Part shown: positions 44,868 to 54,934 of the stretch, piece after piece
Position numbering within the stretch: the first letter of the stretch is position 1
Layout: each line of letters opens with the position of its first letter
Assembly (NCBI GenBank): GCA_052055015.1
Contig: JBQJIT010000021.1
Source of the DNA: Malassezia furfur
Lineage: Eukaryota
Strand: one strand, 5' to 3'
Length of the DNA stretch: 62,192 bases
Notes under the pieces: model-generated
Seen by the model: the letters and a program-made list of their open reading frames with translations, nothing else
What the model was told of the DNA's origin: nothing
Database searches by the model: none
Made by a program: the position numbers and the translations under genes

Positions 44868-47800
44868 TTAGGGTAGCGTGTGTTCATGGGTATGCTCACG
44901 CTCTTCCGACATCGTTAACGGTTGCGTGAGCAGCATCGTGTTCGATAGCGACGTAATACTCGACCGCCGACGGCTCCCGTTCGGCGCATCGGGGTGGGTC
45001 TGAGACCAGGAGTTGGCAAGGGCCTGGCGCTCGAGTGCTGGCGAATGGGGTACGCTGTCCGTCACCCGGTGCATGCTGGGCGCGCGCGAAAGCTGCAAGG
45101 GCGACGTCACCGACGAGCACGCGCCCCGCGGCTCGCGGTTTTCGCCATTGGCCTGTTGGCCTAGCAGACGCGGGAGTTCTTTGGCCCATTCGCCAAAACC
45201 GCGGGCAGAGATACGGTGTGCACGTCCCTGCGATACGTCGCAAAATACGTTGGCGCAGAGGAATTGCGCAACTTCAGTGGTGAGCCCGTCAAATGCCTCA
45301 GTGAGGAAGAGCGTGGGACGGAACGAGAAGGCGGAGAACGAGGCGCAGTGCTCAACACTCGGCTCCTTGAACGGGCTCCGGTGAAACAGGAGATTCAAAA
45401 GCACGATCCCGAGGGACCACACGTCCGCCTGCTTCGGGTCGTACGTCTTGGCCAGGTTGTGGCGACATTCGAACGCCATGTATGGCTTTGAGCCGCAGTT
45501 AAAATCGTCACACTGGTCCTTTGTGGTCGCGAGGCCAAAATCAGTCAGCTTGACGACCACAGCTTCCTGATCGCTGGCTCGATGCAGGTAATCAGAGCGC
45601 ATATCCTGCACGATAAAGTTTTCCGGCTTGATGTCTCGGTGACTGATGCCGCGGTCATGGCAAAATTGCACGGCCTGGCACATTTGATAAAACATGTCGC
45701 CGACACACTTCAGCCGTTCTTCTGAGAGGAGCATGTGCGGCGACGTACGCGCGAGCAGCCAGGGCGTGGAAGGAACCTCGTCAGGCATGCTGCCGGAGTC
45801 TTGCATTATGGCGCTCGAGCTGCCATGCTTACTCGGCGAGTGCTTCGAAGGGGCGTTGGCCAGGTCTGCCTCCTCCAGCCAGAAGTACAAGTCTTGACCT
45901 GGAGAGTACTCCATCACCAAAAAAAGCCAGTCGGACGTCTCGTACGTGCAGTAGAGCGAGATGATGTTCGGATGCTTGGGAATCGACTGGTGAATAAAGG
46001 CCTCAGTGCGCTGCAGATCGAGCATTTCTGGCGACAAATTTTGCTTGGAAAGGCACTTGAGTGCATACTTCCGGGGCTCGGTCGGCTCCTGCGCCACCAA
46101 GCGCACATGATGCTGCTCATCGGCGATCGGCGTCTTGCCCGCGAGACCTGCAAGCGCGCTGGGCGTCTGGGGGTCGACGACGGCAGGCACCTGGAACCGT
46201 GGGTCGATAGGCGTCCGTTCGTGTTCAGGCACCTCGTGCACGAGGTAGACCACAGCATAACTGCCGTGACCCAGCAGTTTATCCACCTGCAGTTGCTTGT
46301 GCTGGTGCTCAAAATCCTGCTCGGCAAACCCGTCGCTGCCTTCAGCGATACGGATCAGCTGACCATCATGGCGGAGACCAGGACCGATCCGGTCGTTGAT
46401 GTCAAACACATCGAGGGGCGGTTCGCCCGCGGTTGTGCTCATGCTGCTCCGATGGTAGACAGGGGAATAGCTGTGGGTGTCCATCATGTCCTCTGCCAAT
46501 AGGTCCAAATTGTCTTCAGAGTGCTGGTCGCTCGCGTGATCCAGCGGAGCTTCAGGGAGACCGCGCCGTAGCCACGACATGGTGAGATCGTGTGTACGCG
46601 ACTTGGACGGTTGGTCCGGGTGGCTTTCGTGTTGTGAAAAGCTGCCGTTGCTGTTCGGCGACTGCGCCCAATCGAACGAGTCCATCTGCAGTGAGCGCGT
46701 CATGGCTTGGTACGCGTTCCGCAAATCCGTAGAGTCGCTGGGCGATTGCGACCGGTTGCTCGTATGGTCCTCCATGGGCCTCAATTTCTCCTGAGGAACA
46801 CCGTGCATGGTCTCACCGGGGGGACATCCGTGCGACGGAGGGATTTCGAACGGGAACGACTCGGCTTCGGTGCCCACTTGCTCGGGTGACTCAATGGGTG
46901 GCATATGGAAGAACCCGGGTGCAAGAGATGTCGATGCCGGTATGGGGTTCGAAGGAATCCCCGGGAAAGGAGCATGCGCAGAGACCAATTCGAATGAGCC
47001 TTGCGGAAGGGCTGTGGTCGCGTGAGGTAGAGAAGACGCCTCTTCCATTCCAAACATGGTCGGATAGTTTGGTGCACTGTATCCCCTCGTCAGCTGGGGG
47101 GGATGAGGAGGGTTATGCACCGCGGACGCTTTGGATGGCTCACCGGCACCCTGTATGTTCAGCTGATGCAAGATATCATCCTGGCAAGCGCGCAACGAAG
47201 AAGGGTTTAGTACACCCTCTGACACAAAGTCACCCGCCGTCCTTGCGCGGGGTTTCATACCCAAGAAAATGGGGCTCGCTTGGCCTGAGAGTGGCATGGA
47301 ATGACCACGCTGAGGCACATTACGGTGCGGATGAGCTGAAGAACTCATGAAATCCGTGGGTGGGTGAGGCTGGGTCCATAGCTGGGCCCATGCAGGTGAG
47401 CTCGTTGCACTGCCTAAGTTTTCGGAGGAGCAAGACGCAACGTTTTCGGCGTTCAACCAGCTGAAGCCTTCACTGAGTCGTTGACGTGAACCAGCCCGTT
47501 CGGCCGGTCGAGGACGACGACCGTAAGGGTGCACCACTGAAGGAGACGATTCGCCAGAGGACTCGCCCCCGTGACGATAGGGATTCGCAGAGCGGCGTTG
47601 CGCTTGGCGATTCGACAGCCAAGACATATACTGTTGTGCATTGCTTCGCTTCCCCGTATCTTGCTGTACAGGCCCTTGAAATTCCCTCCGACCGGGCGGC
47701 GAGGCGGATGCTCTGTTGGTCTCGCCTGGCCGTTCACCATCATCCGACGGGCCGCCATTGTCGGGACTCTGCGACGTACGCGGCCAGTTAAGGCGGTCAA

Positions 47801-47891
47801 GCTTTAAGGTGAGGTTGGCGAGGAAATCAGAGGTTGGCAGACTCCCAATGTGTCCTTGGGCATGAACATCAGCCCCCTGTTGCGATGACAT
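44868..47891 (-). CDS. Ser/Thr protein kinase, Ran1/Pat1-Sks1/Vhs1-like, with long disordered N-terminus
   Basis: Motifs: LLGHGSYAVVYLV, YALKCL, HPNIISL, HRDIKPENF, KLTDFGLAT, CGSKPYMAFEC and ADVWSLGIVLLN. First ATG at 47891. Confidence 0.85.
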   Translation of the reverse strand: MSSQQGADVHAQGHIGSLPTSDFLANLTLKLDRLNWPRTSQSPDNGGPSDDGERPGETNRASASPPGRREFQGPVQQDTGKRSNAQQYMSWLSNRQAQRRSANPYRHGGESSGESSPSVVHPYGRRPRPAERAGSRQRLSEGFSWLNAENVASCSSENLGSATSSPAWAQLWTQPHPPTDFMSSSAHPHRNVPQRGHSMPLSGQASPIFLGMKPRARTAGDFVSEGVLNPSSLRACQDDILHQLNIQGAGEPSKASAVHNPPHPPQLTRGYSAPNYPTMFGMEEASSLPHATTALPQGSFELVSAHAPFPGIPSNPIPASTSLAPGFFHMPPIESPEQVGTEAESFPFEIPPSHGCPPGETMHGVPQEKLRPMEDHTSNRSQSPSDSTDLRNAYQAMTRSLQMDSFDWAQSPNSNGSFSQHESHPDQPSKSRTHDLTMSWLRRGLPEAPLDHASDQHSEDNLDLLAEDMMDTHSYSPVYHRSSMSTTAGEPPLDVFDINDRIGPGLRHDGQLIRIAEGSDGFAEQDFEHQHKQLQVDKLLGHGSYAVVYLVHEVPEHERTPIDPRFQVPAVVDPQTPSALAGLAGKTPIADEQHHVRLVAQEPTEPRKYALKCLSKQNLSPEMLDLQRTEAFIHQSIPKHPNIISLYCTYETSDWLFLVMEYSPGQDLYFWLEEADLANAPSKHSPSKHGSSSAIMQDSGSMPDEVPSTPWLLARTSPHMLLSEERLKCVGDMFYQMCQAVQFCHDRGISHRDIKPENFIVQDMRSDYLHRASDQEAVVVKLTDFGLATTKDQCDDFNCGSKPYMAFECRHNLAKTYDPKQADVWSLGIVLLNLLFHRSPFKEPSVEHCASFSAFSFRPTLFLTEAFDGLTTEVAQFLCANVFCDVSQGRAHRISARGFGEWAKELPRLLGQQANGENREPRGACSSVTSPLQLSRAPSMHRVTDSVPHSPALERQALANSWSQTHPDAPNGSRRRSSITSLSNTMLLTQPLTMSEEREHTHEHTLP

Positions 47892-48707
47892 AGGACCGGT
47901 AGATGGACCCCGGAGCGCCAGTACTGCGGGGAACCACGTCCAAGGAAAGCTCACTTGTTGAAAATTAAAAGAGAGCCAAATTTAGATACCGTAAATGTAC
48001 CCAGTTGCTAGCATACCCCGCTCCTAGTAGCGCACAAGGATGCTCGACAAACGGGTCCAGGTGTGTTGAGAAGAGTAGTGCCCCATGTCAGCGAACGCTC
48101 GTGTGGCCCGTGGTATTTGCGCTGAGCGCAACGCACTCTTCCACTCCACTTCTTGGAATTCTCCTGTTGGCCGCTCCAGAATTGCGGCAAGATTAATCTA
48201 TGTGGCTAGATTTGCTGTTCGCTCAAACCTTCCGTGAGCGGCCCATCAGGAACCGTGCCCATTCCTCCGCAATGGCGCGTCTATCAACCCAGGACGTATC
48301 CTGATAGGCTAGAAGACATGGGTTCAAGACTTCGCTGTTATTCCGCTTGCCCCATGGCAAGTGACACGACCACTTAACGGACAAATAACCACGTGGAGCT
48401 GGGTTGCTTACCAACGAAAACACCCCATGGTCCAGGCTAGGGCGTACTTCATGCCGCCTAAACCCGGATCGGGGATCCAAGATAGACCCTGTTTAACACG
48501 ATACATACGCCCGCAATTGCCATTCCGGGACAGGTGCTGTGGTGCTTAGGTGATGGTGTATATAATTTCAAATCTACAAGTGGGTCCATGTTCGACTAGA
48601 TTGCGGGGAAGACGGCGGACGATGTGGGGGGTTTCGCCATCCAAATGGAAGGGTTCTCAACCAAAATAAAAAAGATCAGTCATAATCCTCTCAGATACAA
48701 CGGTTGG

Positions 48708-49631
48708 TCATGATCTAGTCCAGGAGCGCCTTTGTGTGCGCGCCTGCGGCGATCGACGACTGGAGCTGCCGAGTTTCACGTCGCTACCAAGCACGATGAC
48801 GTTGCCATTGTCATGGGTTGTGTAGTTCATATCACCGACAACTCCAGTACGAGGTGATGGGGCTGACCGAGACAAATTTGCTTGTCCTCGCATGTTTGCG
48901 CACCTGTCGCGTTTACGAGATGTATGCGCGGGTCCGTCTCCCATCATATCCAAAAAGGTGGTACTTCGTCGAGTGATATGACTGGGCTCCGGGGTACTCC
49001 GTAGCGATACCGAAAACCATGAGTTGCCCACGTAACGGTCATCTGGATGTCCATGCGTCTCAGTACCTTCCGAACGCAGAAGGGGCAGGCTGGCGTGGTC
49101 CGTATGTGTAGGTGGTGCAATGGCAAACGCAGAGCGCGTCGCGCGCGCTCGAGGCCGGATAGTGTCTTTTTTTTGAGAAGGGGCATGCCAAAGCACGGTA
49201 AGATGCTCTTCCTCGGATGCAGCACCGTTGAATTCCATCCAAAAACGGTCGTTCGTGGAATTCGGTTGTACCGCCACGGACACACAGCCAGGGTCTATCC
49301 AAAGCGTAAACGAATAGGGGAGCAGTTCCATTGCATCCGCCGAGCAAGGCGCCGAGATCGGATAGTGTGAACGCAATGAGTCGAGTGCCTGCAATAGTGT
49401 CGGATCAAGATCCTTGTGACCATCGACGGTGTTCCAATGAACAGCACGCAGGGCATTGCCCTTGTCTGGCGCATCAGGATACCAGCATTGTTCGATGCGC
49501 TGTTGTAAACCATGAGTCAGATGGCGCTCGAAAAGGCCGACAGCTTCAGGCGGGTATGATGCGAGAGTATTCTGTTGAACGAGTTCGGCCACATAAGTGA
49601 CTGCCACACACAGCTCTGGCCTTTGCTGCAT
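48708..49631 (-). CDS. BTG/Tob (antiproliferative) domain protein
   Basis: N-terminal ELCVAVTYVAEL, box A-like CWYPDAPDKGNALRAV, DPTLLQA and box B-like LPYSFTLWIDPGCVSV. Confidence 0.8.
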   Translation of the reverse strand: MQQRPELCVAVTYVAELVQQNTLASYPPEAVGLFERHLTHGLQQRIEQCWYPDAPDKGNALRAVHWNTVDGHKDLDPTLLQALDSLRSHYPISAPCSADAMELLPYSFTLWIDPGCVSVAVQPNSTNDRFWMEFNGAASEEEHLTVLWHAPSQKKDTIRPRARATRSAFAIAPPTHTDHASLPLLRSEGTETHGHPDDRYVGNSWFSVSLRSTPEPSHITRRSTTFLDMMGDGPAHTSRKRDRCANMRGQANLSRSAPSPRTGVVGDMNYTTHDNGNVIVLGSDVKLGSSSRRSPQARTQRRSWTRS

Positions 49632-49946
49632 AGTGTACCGTGCGCGCGGCACGGGACGATTTGCAGTGCACGGCGCGCAACTGGGAGGGACGTTGCGTCA
49701 GTCGTGAACAGGTGAGTCCAAGGGGTCCACATATCACTTCACCCAACACTGGGCGACTCGCCAGCTGTTGCGACAATGCATCTATATGACGGGCTGGCTC
49801 CAAAAATAGCTTGGCACGCAAAAAATCGGACGCGCACTGGCGCAGGGGCCTTCTGCGGCACCGATTAATTGGCACGCGTCGATCCGCGGTCACGTTTTTT
49901 ACGCGTGGCAGTGTCGCACGGCCATCACTTGAGCGGTTATCCCAGC

Positions 49947-51041
49947 ATGGCGACCGACGCCAAGCCCTCGGGAGCCAAGCACACAGGTGCTCTGGCAGGC
50001 CTCTCGGGCGGCACATTGGACACAAAACCCACGGTGGAAAAGACATCGCCTGATTTTCTCGTTGTGATTTTGGATCTGGACCCAGAGGCATGGCAGTTGA
50101 CCTCCTCAGAAAGCAGCTCAAGTACAGAGCATCGTGCTGAGACAGCTTTTGCGCGACTGAAACATGCTCTGTATGCTGTTCTGGTATTCCTCAACGCCCA
50201 TGTTGCCATGCAGCATGGTAATGGCGTTGCAGTTTATGGGGCGGTGGCTGGCTCGGCCCAACTGCTGTATACAACAGCCCCCTTTGTGCCTCAGAGCAAA
50301 CACTCGAACGGCCATTCGACGGTGAGCCCTTGTCTCCCGTTCAAGTTAATGGATGACGCCGTTTTTGGTGGTGTGCGGACGATGATGAGCGAGGCATCTG
50401 CAGAAGACCCCACCGGTAAGGCACACAGACCCAATGGTATGGTTCGTGCACTGTCGCTCGCCTTGTGCCATATCAACCGGATGTCGATCATGACGCGATT
50501 GGGTGATACACAGCCAGAAATTGAACCGGCGATGGTAGATCGTACAGCCAAGCGAAAGCAGCTTGCTGCGTCGACCTTCCAGAACCGTATTTTGATCCTC
50601 AGCACAACCCCCGACGCAAGCGCACAGTATGTGCCGATGATGAATTGTATTTTTAGCGCCCAGAAACAGGGCATACACATTGACGTCTGCAAGCTCTTCG
50701 GCGAGGATACCGTTTTTTTGCGCCAAGCTTGTCACCTTACCGGCGGCCATTATTACAGCCTTGACGGCCTCGACGGATTGCTGCAAGTACTGACCTCGGT
50801 CTACCTGCCCTCACGGACCGTACGGCCCATGCTGGTGTTCCCTGCAATGGACGATGTCGACTTCCGTGCAGCGTGCTTCTGCCACCGGCGCAACGTGGAC
50901 ATTGGCTATGTTTGCTCCGTGTGCCTAAGCATTTTTTGTGGGCCGCGAAAAGAGTGTTTGATCTGCCGCTCCGAGTTTCCTCCCAGTACATCCCAGCGGT
51001 TTGAGGACGAACAGGCGGTAGCTGCAATGCTACGGTCCTAA
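49947..51041 (+). CDS. TFB4: TFIIH subunit Tfb4/p34
   Basis: Motifs: FLVVILDLDP, VFLNAH, ALSLALCHINR, QYVPMMNCIFSAQK, FLRQACHLTGG and VDFRAACFCH...GYVCSVCLSIFC...C..C. Confidence 0.95.
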   Translation: MATDAKPSGAKHTGALAGLSGGTLDTKPTVEKTSPDFLVVILDLDPEAWQLTSSESSSSTEHRAETAFARLKHALYAVLVFLNAHVAMQHGNGVAVYGAVAGSAQLLYTTAPFVPQSKHSNGHSTVSPCLPFKLMDDAVFGGVRTMMSEASAEDPTGKAHRPNGMVRALSLALCHINRMSIMTRLGDTQPEIEPAMVDRTAKRKQLAASTFQNRILILSTTPDASAQYVPMMNCIFSAQKQGIHIDVCKLFGEDTVFLRQACHLTGGHYYSLDGLDGLLQVLTSVYLPSRTVRPMLVFPAMDDVDFRAACFCHRRNVDIGYVCSVCLSIFCGPRKECLICRSEFPPSTSQRFEDEQAVAAMLRS

Positions 51042-51049
51042 TAGGGTAT

Positions 51050-52003
51050 CTAGGCATGTCGGTCTAGCCAGGTACGAATACCCGCCTTGCTGGCCAAGTC
51101 GATGAGACCGCCTTTCGCTTCATGCACACGTGCGGCGGGGCCGAGGTTCGCATGGTACAAACGTAAAATATGCCTGGAGACTGCATCAAGATCATCCTTC
51201 GTTGCGTCAAATAGTGTCCACCAGGGCGCGGGCTCCATCGGAAGTACAAGCGGTGCATGAAGCAGATTGGGCTCAAGCGTCAGTAGGTAAATGGACGCGC
51301 AGGCGATTACATGTGGAGGAAATAGACAGTAGACAGGGGTGTGGAGACTGGGTAAGCTAGGGTCCACGCACGCGTCATTCAGGTAGTTCCAAGCCACTTG
51401 GGCAGCTGTTTTGGACCCGCTCGTCATCTCAAGACTTTTGTGGGCAATACCAAGTAGCTGCATATAGTTGATCATTAACGCATGGGGCAGATTGACTTCG
51501 ATATCAAATCCGAGTCTCTTGAGTAACTGCATTTCTGCCACAACGAGCGCGTCCTTGGCATCATAGTATGCATCCGAATAGTATCCAGATGGGCGGTAGG
51601 CAAACCCAGGCTCATTGGAAGACGCCGGTGTGTTGCCTTTGGTAGGCTCGTGATCGGGCATCTGGGCGATATATTGAGCGCGTTGCTTCATGTAGTCAAA
51701 AACAAGGAGGATATCGCGAAGACGAGCGGGTGTTTCCCCGATCTTGGATGCTAGGAATAGGGAACCCATGGCAATGTCCAAAAGGTTGAATTGCCTCATG
51801 GATGAGACATACCAGAACCGCTGGAACAGGATTTGAGCTGTGCTTGTCACATCCTGTGTTAGATGCAGCAAAATCCCAGCTTGCTGTATGTGTTGGCATC
51901 CAAATACACAGAGCTCTTCCTCGAGTGTCGGAGGGATACCGTCCGCCCACGTTGGCTTCTGCCTTGCCTGCACCTCAGTCGCCAGACTGTTGAGACCGGG
52001 CAT
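51050..52003 (-). CDS. Cyclin L-like transcriptional/splicing cyclin; intron 51371-51348
   Basis: PTWADGIPPTLEEELCVFGCQHIQQAGILL, TAQILFQRFWY, AEMQLLKRLGF and AQVAWNYLNDA|LHTPVYC. Confidence 0.88.
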   Translation of the reverse strand: MPGLNSLATEVQARQKPTWADGIPPTLEEELCVFGCQHIQQAGILLHLTQDVTSTAQILFQRFWYVSSMRQFNLLDIAMGSLFLASKIGETPARLRDILLVFDYMKQRAQYIAQMPDHEPTKGNTPASSNEPGFAYRPSGYYSDAYYDAKDALVVAEMQLLKRLGFDIEVNLPHALMINYMQLLGIAHKSLEMTSGSKTAAQVAWNYLNDACVDPSLPSLHTPVYCLFPPHVIACASIYLLTLEPNLLHAPLVLPMEPAPWWTLFDATKDDLDAVSRHILRLYHANLGPAARVHEAKGGLIDLASKAGIRTWLDRHA

Positions 52004-52056
52004 TATTAGGCAATTTTGAAGAAACGCGCTATTATTTGGGATGCCTCCACATAGTT

Positions 52057-53331
52057 CTACGGACGACTCCCTACAACGATCCATTCCAAATAGAGGCGCG
52101 AGATTTCTTCTTCCAACTCTCTCAGGCGACGATGCTTGAACGAAGGATGTCGCGTATCCAAATCGGACCCGTCTCGTATCCACGGTCGTCTAGGTGGCTT
52201 GTCCAGGACCAAATCCCCACCAAGTCCTAGGCGAGAAGGACGGATCTGATCCATGATTTGGTCCACGGTTTCTTTGTGACCATGATGAGAGCGAATGGAG
52301 AGCGGCGATATGTTTCCGTCCGAATGTGATGATGAACCGGGGTCTGCAAGTTTCTCCAAGGCATTTCCCAAGGGGTGCGTAATCTCGTCGCCAAGTGCAG
52401 CTAGCAATTCTTGCCTCTGCACTGGACAGTCGAGGCCCGACGTCTTAGATCGCTCGCCTGATTCACCAAACGCATCATCACAAGCCGCGACGAGACCTTC
52501 GAAAAGGGATGTGTCTTGCACCAATCCAGCACTGTTTCCAGACGGGGTTGGCCTCCCGTGCGGCCCGAGCCCCGCGGCCAACGGACCGCCCTGCTCTCCT
52601 GTATCCGGTTGCACGAGTTGAAAAGACAGGTGTGCTGCCCCTCGTTTGTCCAATTTTGCCGAGCGATTCAATTGTATTGGCGCAGAGCGTGCGCGAGCAG
52701 CTGCGCGCCGCAGAGGATGGCTCTCTATCCCCAATGTCTCAAGGCGCAAATTCGGCTTGGTCCGCCTCTCTGCCGAGGCCTTCGACACACGCGGCGTGTT
52801 TGATCGCCGTGGAGCCAGAGAGGCGCGTCGACGCTGCAGGTTTGCCCCACCCTGTGTGTTTCGCGGAGAGCAGGGGATAGCAGGATCGTTTCCGGAGCTC
52901 GCGCTTGCTAAGATGTTGCTTGGTGCACTGGCCGGATCCTCCACAAATGCGCCGCATGGGTCGCCCGTTAATGATATCAGTTGTGCTTCTGAGGAAGGGA
53001 TATGGCAACCCGAGGCACGCATCGGTACCATGCGATGGTTCTGTTGCAGTACAGAGGCGGCGCTGCACCCTTCGCTCTGGTCTTCACGGATTTCATGATC
53101 AATCAAGGACTCCCGTACACCATGGCCCAGCGCCAGTCGTTGGAATGTCTCCGAAACGCGCTCCAATGCACACACAGAAAGGTTCGCTTCCTCGAGATGT
53201 ATATCGAGGGGACTTAGCTGGTTTATACGGGGCCGGACTTCCGGCACCGCAGTGCATTTGCACAGTTCCTCTGACATAGTTAGGAGTGATCCCATGGAGG
53301 GTGTTTCTCTTATACCGACTTGCGTGATCAT
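52057..53331 (-). CDS. Hypothetical protein
   Basis: 424-codon ATG-initiated ORF in lower-GC DNA occupying its own interval, with a short C-terminal coiled-coil-like segment RRLRELEEEISRLY. No family recognised. Confidence 0.55.
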   Translation of the reverse strand: MITQVGIRETPSMGSLLTMSEELCKCTAVPEVRPRINQLSPLDIHLEEANLSVCALERVSETFQRLALGHGVRESLIDHEIREDQSEGCSAASVLQQNHRMVPMRASGCHIPSSEAQLISLTGDPCGAFVEDPASAPSNILASASSGNDPAIPCSPRNTQGGANLQRRRASLAPRRSNTPRVSKASAERRTKPNLRLETLGIESHPLRRAAARARSAPIQLNRSAKLDKRGAAHLSFQLVQPDTGEQGGPLAAGLGPHGRPTPSGNSAGLVQDTSLFEGLVAACDDAFGESGERSKTSGLDCPVQRQELLAALGDEITHPLGNALEKLADPGSSSHSDGNISPLSIRSHHGHKETVDQIMDQIRPSRLGLGGDLVLDKPPRRPWIRDGSDLDTRHPSFKHRRLRELEEEISRLYLEWIVVGSRP

Positions 53332-53599
53332 GGCGTCCAGATAAGATTCAGAACGGAATAGAGAAGAACACAGGTCATCCCTACCTCCCTTGTCTTAACA
53401 TACGCGTAATAAAGACTCTTTCCGCCCTGCTGCGTTGACCCTGTCCTGTCGTGATCGCCTAACTTGCAGGGCGTGCACCGTGCGCTCTATGGTGCACGCT
53501 TACTCAGCAGAGGCTCTCCACACCTGACAGGGACAACCGCGTAGCTACGTCGGTCCCCAGCACCGTGCGTACTGAAGCGCCCGTCGTGACAACCAAACT

Positions 53600-54371
53600 A
53601 TGCAGTCCGTGTCGCGATTCATATGGGGTCCAAGCAAAGAAGGTGCGTTTAGCTTTTTTTTTCTTGACAGAAGAGCGGGCCCGTGAAGTTCAGCGGCGGC
53701 TTCGCCAAGAGCAGCGAGCGCTGGATCGCGAAGTGCGGCAAATTGACCAGGCAACCGCCAAAGTGAAGGCAGACATCAAGCGCCTGGCGATTAAAGGAGA
53801 CACAAAAAACGCCACTATGCTGGCCCGCGAGGTGGTGCGGTCCAACAAGCACCGCACGCGGTTGATCACAAGCAAAGCGCAGCTGAACAGCATATCGCTC
53901 CAATTGCAGCAACAACTCTGTACGATCCCTGTACTAACACCAGCCATGTTCAAGGTAACAGGCACATTACAAAAGTCGACGGAGATCATGAAACTATCCA
54001 ATAATCTCATCCGTCTCCCGCAAATGTCGCAGTCTATGCGTGAAATGAGCGCGGAATTGATGAAGGTGCGCACTGCGGTGGGACTAATTGCAGGCGGGTA
54101 TCTTAGAGGAGATGATGAATGATACACTGGATGCGAGTGCACTTGGCGAAGACCAAGAGGAACTCGAAGAGGAAGCACAGGAGGAAGTGGACAACGTTCT
54201 TCATGAACTCACTGACGGTAAGTGCCTCGCATCCCTAACACAGGTAAACTTGGACAAGCAAAGTCGACCAGCGAGCTGCCCACGCTCACCGAGCCCAAAC
54301 CGGCGGCCAACACCGAAAACGAGGATATCGAACAAATGCAGGCCCAACTCAATAGCCTGCTGCGAGGCTAG
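53600..54371 (+). CDS. VPS24: ESCRT-III subunit Vps24/CHMP3; introns 53643-53670, 53920-53943, 54066-54093, 54218-54243
   Basis: Spliced product MQSVSRFIWGPSKEE...RALDREVRQ...LAREVVRS...SKAQLNSI...GTLQKSTEIMK...SAELMKAGILEEMMND...EEVDNVLHELTDGKLG...MQAQLNSLLRG*. Confidence 0.92.
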
Positions 54372-54508
54372 CAGGAGCAGGGATACGAGGAAGATGGATA
54401 CAGTTTCCAACTAGTAGAAGTACAATAAACACAAACGACTATAGATCTACGATTGCCGCAAATCGCGTCCTTGTGGTATCAACACAAAGGCAATCGATCA
54501 CCCATCGC

Positions 54509-54934
54509 TTACGCCGACGAGAACTTGGTGACCGAGCGAGTGGCCTCGGCGATGGCGTGCTTCGACAGCTCACCGGGCAGGATCAGGCGGACAGCCGTCT
54601 GGATCTCACGCGACGAGATGGTGCTCTTCTTGTTGTAGCTGGCGAGCTTCGAGGCCTCAGTGGCGATGCGCTCGAAGATGTCCTGCACGAACGAGTTGAG
54701 AATGGCCATGGCCTTGTTCGAGATACCGGTGTCAGGGTGCACCTGCTTGAGCACACGGTAGATGTAGGTCGAGTAGGTCTCCTTGCGGACCTTGCTGCCC
54801 GACTTCTTGCGCTCAGTCGACTTGGAGGGGGCCTTCGAGGTCTTCTTGGCACCCTCGGTAGGGGCCTTACCGGCAGAGGCAGGGGCCTTGCCGGCAGTCG
54901 ACGGGGGCTTCTTCTCAGCAGGCTTGGGAGGCAT
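54509..54934 (-). CDS. HTB1: Histone H2B
   Basis: [10 protein letters not shown]...[47 protein letters not shown]...[15 protein letters not shown]. Confidence 0.98.
   Translation of the reverse strand: MPPKPAEKKPPSTAGKAPASAGKAPTEGAKKTSKAPSKSTERKKSGSKVRKETYSTYIYRVLKQVHPDTGISNKAMAILNSFVQDIFERIATEASKLASYNKKSTISSREIQTAVRLILPGELSKHAIAEATRSVTKFSSA

Noticed and set aside
53400..53560. TPP riboswitch or spliceosomal snRNA in the structured spacer
   Set aside because: The required consensus elements were not found in the right order, and the neighbouring genes are unrelated to thiamine. Kept only as an unclassified structure.
5929..54371. Functional clustering (BCK1 with FKS1, VPS4 with VPS24, PEX4 with PCD1) as a gene cluster
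   Set aside because: The partners are tens of kb apart with many unrelated genes between; this is compatible with chance in a compact genome.
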